Source: an uncultured virus (IMG/VR IMGVR_UViG_3300037329_000040) (Duplodnaviria; Heunggongvirae; Uroviricota; Caudoviricetes). Taken from it: 64,000 nt of DNA. Where the stretch lies: the IMG/VR virus record IMGVR_UViG_3300037329_000040, one strand, 5' to 3'. Below are positions 1-7,380 of this stretch, piece after piece. Each line of letters begins with the position of its first letter. The stretch's first letter is position 1. The notes beneath the pieces were generated by a model. That model worked only from the letters and a program-made list of their open reading frames with translations, searched no databases and had not been told where the DNA came from. The position numbers were made by a program, and so were the translations under genes.

Positions 1-85
1 CGGGGTCGGTGCCACCTTCCGCCCTAGTGATATGTATCTCACTGAGGAGAGTCCGATTTACTCTAATCTGAACGTGTAGTGGCAC
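1..85 (-). CDS. hypothetical protein, partial (runs off the window start)
   Basis: GTG at 85 is preceded by GGGAG. The frame MPLHVQIRVNRTLLSEIHITRAEGGTDP stays open to the edge. Not in the ORF track. Confidence 0.55.
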   Translation of the reverse strand, partial: MPLHVQIRVNRTLLSEIHITRAEGGTDP

Positions 86-641
86 CGATTACTCCCTTCA
101 GGTATTCAAAGCAATAAATGTGCATCAGGCTATCCCAACCTGCGTCGTGCTGATTTTCTGTACCAATCTTTTCAATGGCATAAGCCTTGGCTTTCTTTTT
201 CCAAGTCGTGGCCTTTACGGGCATCCCGTTCTCCTCTTTATAGTCCAGAGCGAAGCAGAGTGCGTTCAGGTCAACAGTTCTTCTTGAGAAGAGCGAGTAG
301 CTTTTAGGTAGAGAGTCCTTCACAAAGGGCATGTCAAATGCGCCAACGTTAAACCCAACAGGGATAGTTTTACCCCTGCTGTTAGTATCGACTCCTACTG
401 CAATCAACCAATCGTAAACTTGACTGTCAATTTCATCTGGCAAAGGCGCACTTTGTAGAGACTCTAGTGTGATGCCGTGAACCTCAAAAGCACGTTCTGA
501 CCACTGGCACTCACCTGGATTCATATTCATGGAGATTTGATACCCGTCCTCGGTGGATAGGCCAATCTGAATCAGCTTGCCACCTTCAGCCAGCTCACTG
601 GAAGACATCTCTCCGTCTAGCCCTATAAATAGGAAGCTCAT
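63..641 (-). CDS. DEDDh 3'-5' exonuclease (DnaQ/oligoribonuclease-like)
   Basis: ExoI LDGE, ExoII GFNVGAFD, ExoIII HDAGWD. SD (AGGAG) upstream. Confidence 0.8.
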   Translation of the reverse strand: MSFLFIGLDGEMSSSELAEGGKLIQIGLSTEDGYQISMNMNPGECQWSERAFEVHGITLESLQSAPLPDEIDSQVYDWLIAVGVDTNSRGKTIPVGFNVGAFDMPFVKDSLPKSYSLFSRRTVDLNALCFALDYKEENGMPVKATTWKKKAKAYAIEKIGTENQHDAGWDSLMHIYCFEYLKGVIGATTRSD

Positions 642-677
642 TTCTCTCCTTTATAACCAAAAATGATTATTTGCGTT

Positions 678-935
678 TTAGCTTATAAGTTCAATCTGCA
701 CTGAACACTCACAACCCATTAACGCTGTGTGATAGTCACTGCAGTTTTCTGTCAAAACTTGGACAATTCGTCTTCGCTCTCCAAGCAGCGCCCTTGCAAT
801 CTTGGTTTCTATAACCGCAATCAAAGCGTGTGGTGGGTCCAGCAAGTCGTTAGCCCAGTGATTATCTAGGAACTCTTGCTCTGCTTGTAGCTCGTCAGGG
901 TCAAGTGAGCCTAGGTAATCGTTTTGCTTAGTCAT
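678..935 (-). CDS. hypothetical protein (ERxRI motif, C-terminal Cys)
   Basis: ORF with GGAGG SD, overlapping the upstream ORF stop. Confidence 0.65.
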   Translation of the reverse strand: MTKQNDYLGSLDPDELQAEQEFLDNHWANDLLDPPHALIAVIETKIARALLGERRRIVQVLTENCSDYHTALMGCECSVQIELIS

Positions 936-1116
936 CTTGTCCCTCCTTAATAGCTGCTTCTATTTCCTCAGCAAGAAATGGGTAACTTAGTGTCTGCAAA
1001 ATATCTCTGGTTGCAGCTAGGTCTTTCATAACTTTGATGATGCGGTCACGCTCTAGCTCAACCCCAGCGTCGTAGCCAAGTGTCCAGTAAAGCTTGTTGC
1101 TTATTTCATCATCCAT
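928..1116 (-). CDS. hypothetical protein (GYxAG and ERxRI motifs)
   Basis: ORF with GGAGA SD. Confidence 0.65.
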   Translation of the reverse strand: MDDEISNKLYWTLGYDAGVELERDRIIKVMKDLAATRDILQTLSYPFLAEEIEAAIKEGQDD

Positions 1117-1230
1117 TTTGTTTCTCCGTTTGGATTAGGGTCATTAGTTTCGCTTCGCTGATTTTGTGCGCTGTAAAACTTATCTCTATTATTCATAACT
1201 AAAGTATACCAATTAATGTATAATATGTCA

Positions 1231-1434
1231 ATGGAGAATAAATTTAAATACCTGCTGTCCCCTGAGAATATCTACAAACTCACGTTCGAAGATTACGATG
1301 GAAAACCCTTTATCGTAGAAGTGACTGGGGAGGATATCCTGACCAAACTAAGAAGGGGCTATGCTCTAGAAAAAGCATTAGAGGACCACGGCCTAGACAA
1401 AAAAGATATTGACATTTTAGATTTAGAATGGTAG
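1231..1434 (+). CDS. hypothetical protein, probably leaderless
   Basis: TATAAT at 1219-1224 lies 6 nt before ATG 1231 (MENKFKY). Confidence 0.6.
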   Translation: MENKFKYLLSPENIYKLTFEDYDGKPFIVEVTGEDILTKLRRGYALEKALEDHGLDKKDIDILDLEW

Positions 1435-1444
1435 GGTTACAGCT

Positions 1445-1615
1445 ATGACTAAACAATATGATGAGGAAACACAAAAGGCAGCTGCATTTGCCATCGAAGA
1501 CCTTCAATCTTTTATGGCATCAGCTGGTAGAGATGCGACAGAGGCTTCTCTTTTGTCTTGGCAAAAGGGCTACATCGCAGGAGTAAACAGGGCTATGGGG
1601 ATCCGTAATGGATAG
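1445..1615 (+). CDS. small hypothetical protein (56 aa, WQKGYIAGVN motif)
   Basis: Translated by hand: MTKQYDEETQKAAAFAIEDLQSFMASAGRDATEASLLSWQKGYIAGVNRAMGIRNG. TTGACA-17-TAGGGT promoter directly upstream. Confidence 0.7.
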   Translation: MTKQYDEETQKAAAFAIEDLQSFMASAGRDATEASLLSWQKGYIAGVNRAMGIRNG

Positions 1616-1781
1616 GGCAAGCAGGAGGCAAGACTCTAAAGAAATAAAGTCAATAGTCAAGAAAGCTAAAGTCTTAATGTCTGGCTGGCTTAGTAATCTT
1701 GACCATACCCCCACTAAGGAAGAGCTGGGTGCTTGGCAGGCTGGCTATGTTGCTGGATTAAATCAGAACGAAGATATTTAA
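1608..1781 (+). CDS. small hypothetical protein (57 aa, WQAGYVAGLN motif), paralog of 1445-1615
   Basis: Translated by hand: MDRASRRQDSKEIKSIVKKAKVLMSGWLSNLDHTPTKEELGAWQAGYVAGLNQNEDI. Overlaps the previous stop. Confidence 0.7.
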   Translation: MDRASRRQDSKEIKSIVKKAKVLMSGWLSNLDHTPTKEELGAWQAGYVAGLNQNEDI

Positions 1782-1954
1782 ACTTCTATTACGGGGTAAG
1801 TCTCTTGGCATGAGTAGCAGAAATGGGTATACTCTTTTTCTGTTGGCCCCCCGAGAATCATTTTATCATCACGAGCAAGCATGATCTCGTCAATTCCTGG
1901 CTTACCGTACCAAATCGGTAGCATTGTTTCTTCGTTGCATAGTGGACATATCAT
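1778..1954 (-). CDS. small zinc-ribbon protein (CxxC...CxxC, 58 aa)
   Basis: MICPLCNEETMLPIWYGKPG...ILGGP...HFCYSCQETY. TGA-TAGAAT lies 6 nt before the ATG. Confidence 0.7.
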   Translation of the reverse strand: MICPLCNEETMLPIWYGKPGIDEIMLARDDKMILGGPTEKEYTHFCYSCQETYPVIEV

Positions 1955-2019
1955 TAGTATATTCTATCACAAGATCTTGGCATTAGGGAGGTCTTTGTTA
2001 TATAATCGTTATGTTTCTA

Positions 2020-2049
2020 TTGACTTTACCCATAATACGACTGTATACT
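2020..2049 (+). promoter_or_regulatory. sigma70/SigA-type promoter for nrdH
   Basis: TTGACT-18 nt-TATACT, with TG before the -10. Confidence 0.6.
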
Positions 2050-2080
2050 TGATACCTAACGTAAAAGAAAAGAGAGCTTT

Positions 2081-2302
2081 ATGCCAACGGTCTACACCCT
2101 TCCATCCTGTGTCCAGTGTGACGCAACAAAAAGATTTTTAGCAAAGATTGGGGTAGCCTATAACACTGTAGACCTTAGTTCCGATACTGAAGCCTACGAG
2201 TACATTAAGGGCCTTGGGTTTAGCTCAGCCCCAGTTGTGGTCTTTGGAGATGAGTCTTGGTCTGGGTTCCAGCCAGATAAACTCTCTGCCTTGGCCGCTT
2301 GA
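2081..2302 (+). CDS. nrdH: NrdH-redoxin (glutaredoxin-like)
   Basis: TVYTLPSCVQC CxxC motif, APVV cis-Pro, and the WSGFQPD C-terminal motif typical of NrdH. Confidence 0.9.
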   Translation: MPTVYTLPSCVQCDATKRFLAKIGVAYNTVDLSSDTEAYEYIKGLGFSSAPVVVFGDESWSGFQPDKLSALAA

Positions 2303-2333
2303 CTTCACCTTAGATTTTAGCTATAATTGTTCT

Positions 2334-2549
2334 ATGATAAAATATGAGCACAAGATGCTAGTCCTAGACAGCAGCCATTCCGATAAAGACCAGGCAGCGG
2401 TAGATTTATTTATAACGCAAGCCATCGATGCCGAAAGGGATCGAATCTATAATGACTTAAGCAATTACACTAACGGATACGATAGTTTGTCTATTGCCAA
2501 GTTTAGACTACGACAGATCATTAACCAAACAGACGAACTTATATACTAA
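2334..2549 (+). CDS. hypothetical protein (ERDRI motif), probably leaderless
   Basis: TTGACT-17-TATAAT ends 6 nt before ATG 2334. Confidence 0.65.
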   Translation: MIKYEHKMLVLDSSHSDKDQAAVDLFITQAIDAERDRIYNDLSNYTNGYDSLSIAKFRLRQIINQTDELIY

Positions 2550-2570
2550 ACAATAACGAGAAGGGTATCA

Positions 2571-2858
2571 ATGTTAAGACCGATTGAAGACAAGGTTCTG
2601 GTAGAGCCAATAAAAGAAGCAGAGACAAAATCTACATCTGGATTCATATTAACTAAGTTAGATAAAGAATCTCCAACAGAAGGTATTGTAGTTGCAGTGG
2701 GGCCAGGGATTGTATTCCCTAATGGAACCACTCTTCAGATAGACCTAGAGGTTGGGGACAAGGTTTCTTACTCTAGGTTTGCTGGCACCGAGGTGTCTCA
2801 TGAGGGTAAAGAGTATGTAATCTTGCCTTACCGTGAAATCTATGCAGTGTTGGGATAA
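2571..2858 (+). CDS. groES: co-chaperonin GroES (Cpn10)
   Basis: LRPIEDKVLV, mobile loop TKSTSGFIL, GIVVAVGPG, VGDKVSYSRFAGTEV. Confidence 0.92.
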   Translation: MLRPIEDKVLVEPIKEAETKSTSGFILTKLDKESPTEGIVVAVGPGIVFPNGTTLQIDLEVGDKVSYSRFAGTEVSHEGKEYVILPYREIYAVLG

Positions 2859-2861
2859 TCT

Positions 2862-3581
2862 ATGACTACTTTTATTAGATCAATGCCGGAAGAGCCAACA
2901 AAAGTTCTAGACGAAGGATATGTTAGATTAGTAGACGTATTAGGAGACGATCTCTCTGTTGTCAACGCAGCTAGAGTGTCCTATGACAAAGAAGTTACAG
3001 AGTTTGCTCCAAGAGATGCTAAGCTCCTAAAATTTCTATTAAGAGAAGGGCATACAAGCCCCTTCCGTCATGCAGCGATGACCTTTGAAGTGTACGCTCC
3101 ACTGTTTGTTGCTAGACAGTGGTGGAAGCATGCTGTGGCCTCTAGTCACGTTGATGACCAGAATGGTTGGAATGAATCATCTAGGCGTTATATTACCGAA
3201 GATGAAAAGTTCTACATCCCGCTGCCAGAAGATTGGCGTAGTAAGCCAGAGAACAGCAAGCAGGGCTCTGGAGACCCTGTTGACATCGAATTAGGTCAAA
3301 AGCACTTTGACAGGCTCTGTGAGACAGTTGTGAGCGGTACAAAGGCATATCACGACGCTCTTAACGATGGAGTTGCTCCAGAGATCGCAAGGCTGTTTCT
3401 CCCAGCTTATGGCATGTATGTACGTTGGAGGTGGACAGCGTCTCTGCAGGGAGTCTTGGCATTCCTAGACCAGAGGATGCCACACGATGCCCAGTTCGAG
3501 ATCCAGGAATATGCGAAGGCAGTACTTGCTTTAGTTAAAGAAGCATTTCCTGAAACCATTTCTACTCTTTACGAAGAGTAG
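2862..3581 (+). CDS. thyX: flavin-dependent thymidylate synthase
   Basis: VVNAARVSY, GHTSPFRH, PLFVARQW, NESSRRY, EIARLFLP, AQFEIQEYA. Confidence 0.93.
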   Translation: MTTFIRSMPEEPTKVLDEGYVRLVDVLGDDLSVVNAARVSYDKEVTEFAPRDAKLLKFLLREGHTSPFRHAAMTFEVYAPLFVARQWWKHAVASSHVDDQNGWNESSRRYITEDEKFYIPLPEDWRSKPENSKQGSGDPVDIELGQKHFDRLCETVVSGTKAYHDALNDGVAPEIARLFLPAYGMYVRWRWTASLQGVLAFLDQRMPHDAQFEIQEYAKAVLALVKEAFPETISTLYEE

Positions 3582-3588
3582 TCTTGCA

Positions 3589-3661
3589 GGGGAGTTAGCT
3601 CAGTGGATAGAGCAGGAGCTTTCTAAGCTCTTAGTCGCAGGTTCGAGTCCTGCACTCCCTA
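3589..3661 (+). tRNA. tRNA-Arg(UCU)
   Basis: Acceptor GGGGAGT/ACTCCCT, anticodon arm GGAGC-TTTCTAA-GCTCT, T-loop GTTCGAG. No encoded CCA. Confidence 0.9.
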
Positions 3662-3688
3662 CTTTATGGTATAATTATCTAGATAACT

Positions 3689-4300
3689 ATGAGTATTTAT
3701 GATAACGGTCGGACAGGAATAAGTCCGCAAAGACAAGCAAGAATGGATGCTATGACGTCCAAGGATAAAACCAACTCTGAAGAATCAACTAAACTTAAAA
3801 TTGAGGATCAAAAGCGTGAACGCTATGAACTTCAAGAATCTAAACGTGCACCCAAAATACAGGTTGATCAGAAGGTAATTCTTTGGACCTGGTTGGTTGG
3901 CATTGGCTTAGCCTTTATCTCTTCGGCCATAGTATCTTTTAATGGTATAACATCCGTAGCAACCTTTGTAGGTCTGTCCCAAGAGTGGATGGCCGGATTG
4001 TTCTTCTTCTTTATCGAACTCATGTACCTTCTTTTCTTAGTAGCATACCTAGTGCTATCATCTAGACTTAGCGACAATGGCAAGCCAGAGAAAACATTTG
4101 GAGCAATTGTTGGAATGGTTGCCTTTGGTGGCTTAGCTGTTTTAGCAAACGCATTCCACACCTTTGACTACTGGGGTTGGAACTGGCTAGAGCCTCGTAT
4201 GTGGGCTGGTACGATACTTGGAATAGCGGCTCCGATTGCGATCATTGCTGCAAGCAAGATGGCTTCCAGGGTTGTATTCGCTAAAGCAATTAGTCTTTAA
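3689..4300 (+). CDS. integral membrane protein (~4 TM helices, charged N-terminus)
   Basis: Four hydrophobic segments. Own TGGTATAAT promoter at 3667-3675. Confidence 0.8.
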   Translation: MSIYDNGRTGISPQRQARMDAMTSKDKTNSEESTKLKIEDQKRERYELQESKRAPKIQVDQKVILWTWLVGIGLAFISSAIVSFNGITSVATFVGLSQEWMAGLFFFFIELMYLLFLVAYLVLSSRLSDNGKPEKTFGAIVGMVAFGGLAVLANAFHTFDYWGWNWLEPRMWAGTILGIAAPIAIIAASKMASRVVFAKAISL

Positions 4301-4406
4301 CTAAACTCTTAGAAATGCTCGACCCCATCCCTTCAGAGTTAATTAGTTTTCTTATACATGCTGCATTTACTATGCCACTAAAAAGATAGTGGTATAATTA
4401 TATTAC

Positions 4407-4685
4407 ATGGTAAAAACTGCAAAACACCGTAAGGCTATGGCCTTAGTTCTTGAAGAGCTTCATCTCTACAAAGAGAAGCACGGCTGTTTTGATTGCAGGA
4501 ATATGTTTCCCCATTACATTCTAGAATTTGACCACAAGCCTCAGTATCAAAAAATAGACGTTGTGTACCGTGTCCTAAGGAACTATGGGCCTGAGGCTGC
4601 CTGGAAAGAAGTTTCAAAGTGTGACGTGGTGTGTGCTAACTGTCATAAAATGCGTACTTACCAGAGAGAACACGATATTGACTAA
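4407..4685 (+). CDS. HNH endonuclease-like protein
   Basis: CFDC...LEFDH...KCDVVCANCH. TGGTATAAT at 4390-4398. Confidence 0.8.
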   Translation: MVKTAKHRKAMALVLEELHLYKEKHGCFDCRNMFPHYILEFDHKPQYQKIDVVYRVLRNYGPEAAWKEVSKCDVVCANCHKMRTYQREHDID

Positions 4686-4857
4686 GCTATTGTCTATTGA
4701 TGAGCAGATCCAAGCCGTACTCTTTGATATAAGTAAAGAGCTTAAGGTACATAAGATAGATGATGACAACTTAATTATTGAAATGGATTATGAAAAGCAT
4801 ACCCTTCAGCTTAAATCAATTTTAGAGGGGTATAGAAGTACCCATGAAGGTGTTTAA
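4678..4857 (+). CDS. hypothetical protein
   Basis: TTG start overlapping the HNH stop, acidic helical product. Start uncertain. Confidence 0.5.
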   Translation: MTKLLSIDEQIQAVLFDISKELKVHKIDDDNLIIEMDYEKHTLQLKSILEGYRSTHEGV

Positions 4858-4863
4858 TACGTT

Positions 4864-5379
4864 CTAAGAGGCTCTCAGCGTCTCCATACGATGCGCAACG
4901 ATAGTATCTGTAGCTTTTCCGTTACGATATAACGTTAAGACCACTGCAGGATTATCTTCGCTGGCATTGATTGTTACATCTGTACCTGGAACTTTATAAG
5001 AGCCACTACGAATTATTCTCTTAACCTTACCCTTGGCAGTTCCACCGGAAGATCCCCAAGAAACCATTTGACCGACACGAACATTATCCGCCTTGAACAC
5101 TTCTGTCAGCCTCTTTGCTTTTGTAACATCTTTTCCAAATCCTGCAAACAGCGACTTGTCATCTTCATGGTCCTCGTTAGCCATCAGAGAACCATCGGGC
5201 ATGTAGTGGTATCCCTCTGGGGCTTCTTCTTCGTCAGCACCGTATGCCTTCTTTGAGGGTACACAGTTTGGGACCATTCCGCCATCTTGTCCAGGCTTCA
5301 TACCTCTTTGAACGTATCCATCCCAACAAGGAGATTGCTTGTTAACGTCGTCGCTATCTTCTAGCATATCATTATTCAT
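4864..5379 (-). CDS. mosaic hypothetical protein with C-terminal DUF2945/Tudor-like domain
   Basis: CWDGYVQRGMK..MVPNCVP, APEGYHYMPDGSLM, VRVGQMVSWGSSGGTAKGKV. TGATATAAT lies 6 nt before the ATG. Confidence 0.7.
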   Translation of the reverse strand: MNNDMLEDSDDVNKQSPCWDGYVQRGMKPGQDGGMVPNCVPSKKAYGADEEEAPEGYHYMPDGSLMANEDHEDDKSLFAGFGKDVTKAKRLTEVFKADNVRVGQMVSWGSSGGTAKGKVKRIIRSGSYKVPGTDVTINASEDNPAVVLTLYRNGKATDTIVAHRMETLRAS

Positions 5380-5594
5380 ATCTATATTATATCACACAGT
5401 CAACTGTACACTGACAATAGTTGCAACCAGAAAATTCCTTATAGATTGTGTGACTGGAGAAGTGGCGAATCCTAAAAAGTCCATTATGGATCTAAGTGTT
5501 GTTTTGGCCTTTGGGTATGAAGTCTATCGTACCCTAAACTGGGGAGCAGTTAAGTGTACCATAATCTTGCGATGATCTCTACAAAAATATTAAA

Positions 5595-5681
5595 GTCCCC
5601 ATACAGAAACCCTGGCGTAACCCGATATAAAAATGGTAACTAGTCATCCTAAAGCGGCTAATCCTTGCCCTGTATGAGGAC
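5595..5681 (-). ncRNA. candidate small structured RNA (long terminal stem)
   Basis: GTCCTCATACAG/CTGTATGGGGAC stem, where G-U favours the minus strand. It begins 6 nt after TGTTATAAT (5688-5696). No ORF follows. Confidence 0.45.
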
Positions 5682-5697
5682 CCTTCTATTATAACAT

Positions 5698-5728
5698 AAG
5701 AAAAGACGGACCACAGTCGTGATCCGCC
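5698..5728 (-). terminator. intrinsic terminator
   Basis: GGCGGATCAC-GACT-GTGGTCCGTC followed by TTTTCTT, just after the 5748 stop. Confidence 0.75.
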
Positions 5729-5747
5729 TATCTTAATGAATAATTAT

Positions 5748-6143
5748 TTACTTAGTAGTTGGAGCCTTGGTTACTGGCTTTGCAACAGGCTTCTTTACAG
5801 CTGGCTTTGCAGCAGCTTTCTTTTCCGCAGCCTCAGCAGCTTTCTTTTTAGCTTCAGCAGCCTTCTTTTCTGCGGTAGCTGCTTTGGATTCAGCAAGAAG
5901 CCTCTTGCTCACTTCTAGAGCTACTCCCTCTGCAATACGACCAAAGCTTGGGTCCTTAGAGTTCAGGTAGCGAAGCAGGGTCGGAACTGCTGCTGCCCAG
6001 ACACCGTTAGCTATGAGAAGCCAATCTCCTGTGCCAAATGCTAGTGGTGACACAACCCCTGTGCTTGCCATAGTTGTTGTGATCAGGGCCAGTAGTACTC
6101 CTAGTAGGTTTCTTAGGTATGAATCAATCATTGCTTTGTTCAT
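5748..6143 (-). CDS. holin-like 2-TM membrane protein with Lys/Ala/Pro-rich tail
   Basis: SYLRNLLGV...TM...LRYLNSKDPSFGR followed by AEKKAAE/KPAV repeats. Confidence 0.65.
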   Translation of the reverse strand: MNKAMIDSYLRNLLGVLLALITTTMASTGVVSPLAFGTGDWLLIANGVWAAAVPTLLRYLNSKDPSFGRIAEGVALEVSKRLLAESKAATAEKKAAEAKKKAAEAAEKKAAAKPAVKKPVAKPVTKAPTTK

Positions 6144-6209
6144 TTTATATTCCTTCTGTTTATATTATTAGTCAAAGAGCTGTGTGTTGTGCGCTCACGA
6201 TTTGTGAGC

Positions 6210-6578
6210 TTAGCTCTTTTTATCTTCTTCCGGCAAGAACTTAACTAGTCCTGCTGCTGCTTTTTTAATCTGTTCTTCTTCCGCTCCCATTAAGGCTACA
6301 AAGAGTTCTTGCATTGCCTTTTGAACGTCCTCTATATACGTAAAGGCCCAATCTCTAGACTGGGAGAGAAACTTTATGAAGCCCTCTGTTTCTTCGTGAG
6401 GAAAGCTCCCAGATAGCTCAGACAGTCTCTGGATCTCAGACTTTAATAGGATGTTATCTGCAGTTAGCTGTGTAATGATTGACATAAGCTTTCTTTTGTA
6501 TAGCCATTGACGAGCAATGACTAAAAAGCTTAAGGCTACTACAATGCTAAAAAAGATAAGGATTAATAGGTCTATCAT
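6210..6578 (-). CDS. membrane-anchored hypothetical protein
   Basis: N-terminal TM, coiled coil, FIKFLSQSRDWAF. Confidence 0.7.
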   Translation of the reverse strand: MIDLLILIFFSIVVALSFLVIARQWLYKRKLMSIITQLTADNILLKSEIQRLSELSGSFPHEETEGFIKFLSQSRDWAFTYIEDVQKAMQELFVALMGAEEEQIKKAAAGLVKFLPEEDKKS

Positions 6579-6811
6579 ATCTCTTTACCCCCTTCTCTAA
6601 CCAATAGCACAATCGCACCGTTTAGTTCTAGTGCGGACTTTACTTTGGCCATGTATTCTACGGCACTTCTTTTGCCCTCTCCCGTCAGAGACATGAACTG
6701 GTTCTCGCTGGCTTTAACCGTTAAGAAATTGTCATGGTCTATGATTTGCAAGGAAAAGTTTTTGGGGCCAGCCAGAGATCGGAAAGCCCTTCTCATTTCA
6801 TCCGTATACAT
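6575..6811 (-). CDS. hypothetical protein
   Basis: Start/stop overlaps with both neighbours. Confidence 0.7.
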   Translation of the reverse strand: MYTDEMRRAFRSLAGPKNFSLQIIDHDNFLTVKASENQFMSLTGEGKRSAVEYMAKVKSALELNGAIVLLVREGGKEI

Positions 6812-7095
6812 TATTTATCCATCGTTAGATATTTCCAGGTCTCTGCCCATTCTTTCTTAGACCGATGCCTGCCGAATTCTCTAGAAATCTTACCCTTCTC
6901 GAGATAGACGCCTCCCCATACACCGTATTCTTTTTGGGAAACTCCAACCGCAAAGCAGATTCTTGAGATAGGGCATGCAGCACAGATGCTATCTATTGCT
7001 GGCCTTACTGTTTCATTGTCCTCGTACTTGTCAAAGAATAAATTGACGTCGTACCCCTTACAAGCGGCTTGGTCTTTCCAATCATCGCTCTTCAT
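6811..7095 (-). CDS. whiB: WhiB-family Fe-S transcription factor
   Basis: W...AAC...FF...CxxCP...C...GVWGG. Likely start MKSDDW at 7095. Confidence 0.9.
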   Translation of the reverse strand: MKSDDWKDQAACKGYDVNLFFDKYEDNETVRPAIDSICAACPISRICFAVGVSQKEYGVWGGVYLEKGKISREFGRHRSKKEWAETWKYLTMDK

Positions 7096-7306
7096 ATAAA
7101 CTAACGATTTTGTCTGGAAGATCCCAGCCAGACTCTGTGACATTAAATCGACGCTGCACAAACCATCTATTCTTCATAAATGCTCCGTTCTTTTTTGACC
7201 ACCCTGCTGGATTAGGAAAAGACTGAATAACATCCCAACCACTCCACGACAAAGTCCAATTGCTTTTTACAATCTTTTCCATATTATCTAGTGATTTTAT
7301 GTTCAT
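7082..7306 (-). CDS. hypothetical protein (Trp-rich)
   Basis: ORF overlapping the whiB start. Confidence 0.65.
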   Translation of the reverse strand: MNIKSLDNMEKIVKSNWTLSWSGWDVIQSFPNPAGWSKKNGAFMKNRWFVQRRFNVTESGWDLPDKIVSLYEER

Positions 7307-7380
7307 TGGATTTACCTGTACGTTGCCTTTTTTGTCCGTTGATTTTGTTGTCTATTTGGCTAAGCATATCCGCTAAGCTG

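Noticed and set aside
6..88. 10-bp inverted repeat TCGGTGCCAC/GTGGCACCGA with T-box- or tracrRNA-like wording
   Set aside because: It lies within a plausible SD-led ORF (GTG at 85) and is truncated by the window edge. No supporting T-box stem I or Cas9 is present.
5339..5575. 78-aa plus-strand ORF across the non-coding locus
   Set aside because: TTG start antisense to a real gene, no SD or promoter, and no recognisable protein features.
5470..5620. RNase P RNA-like words (AAAGTCC, ACAGAAACCCTGGC)
   Set aside because: The P4 helix cannot be formed and GAGGAAAGUCC is absent.
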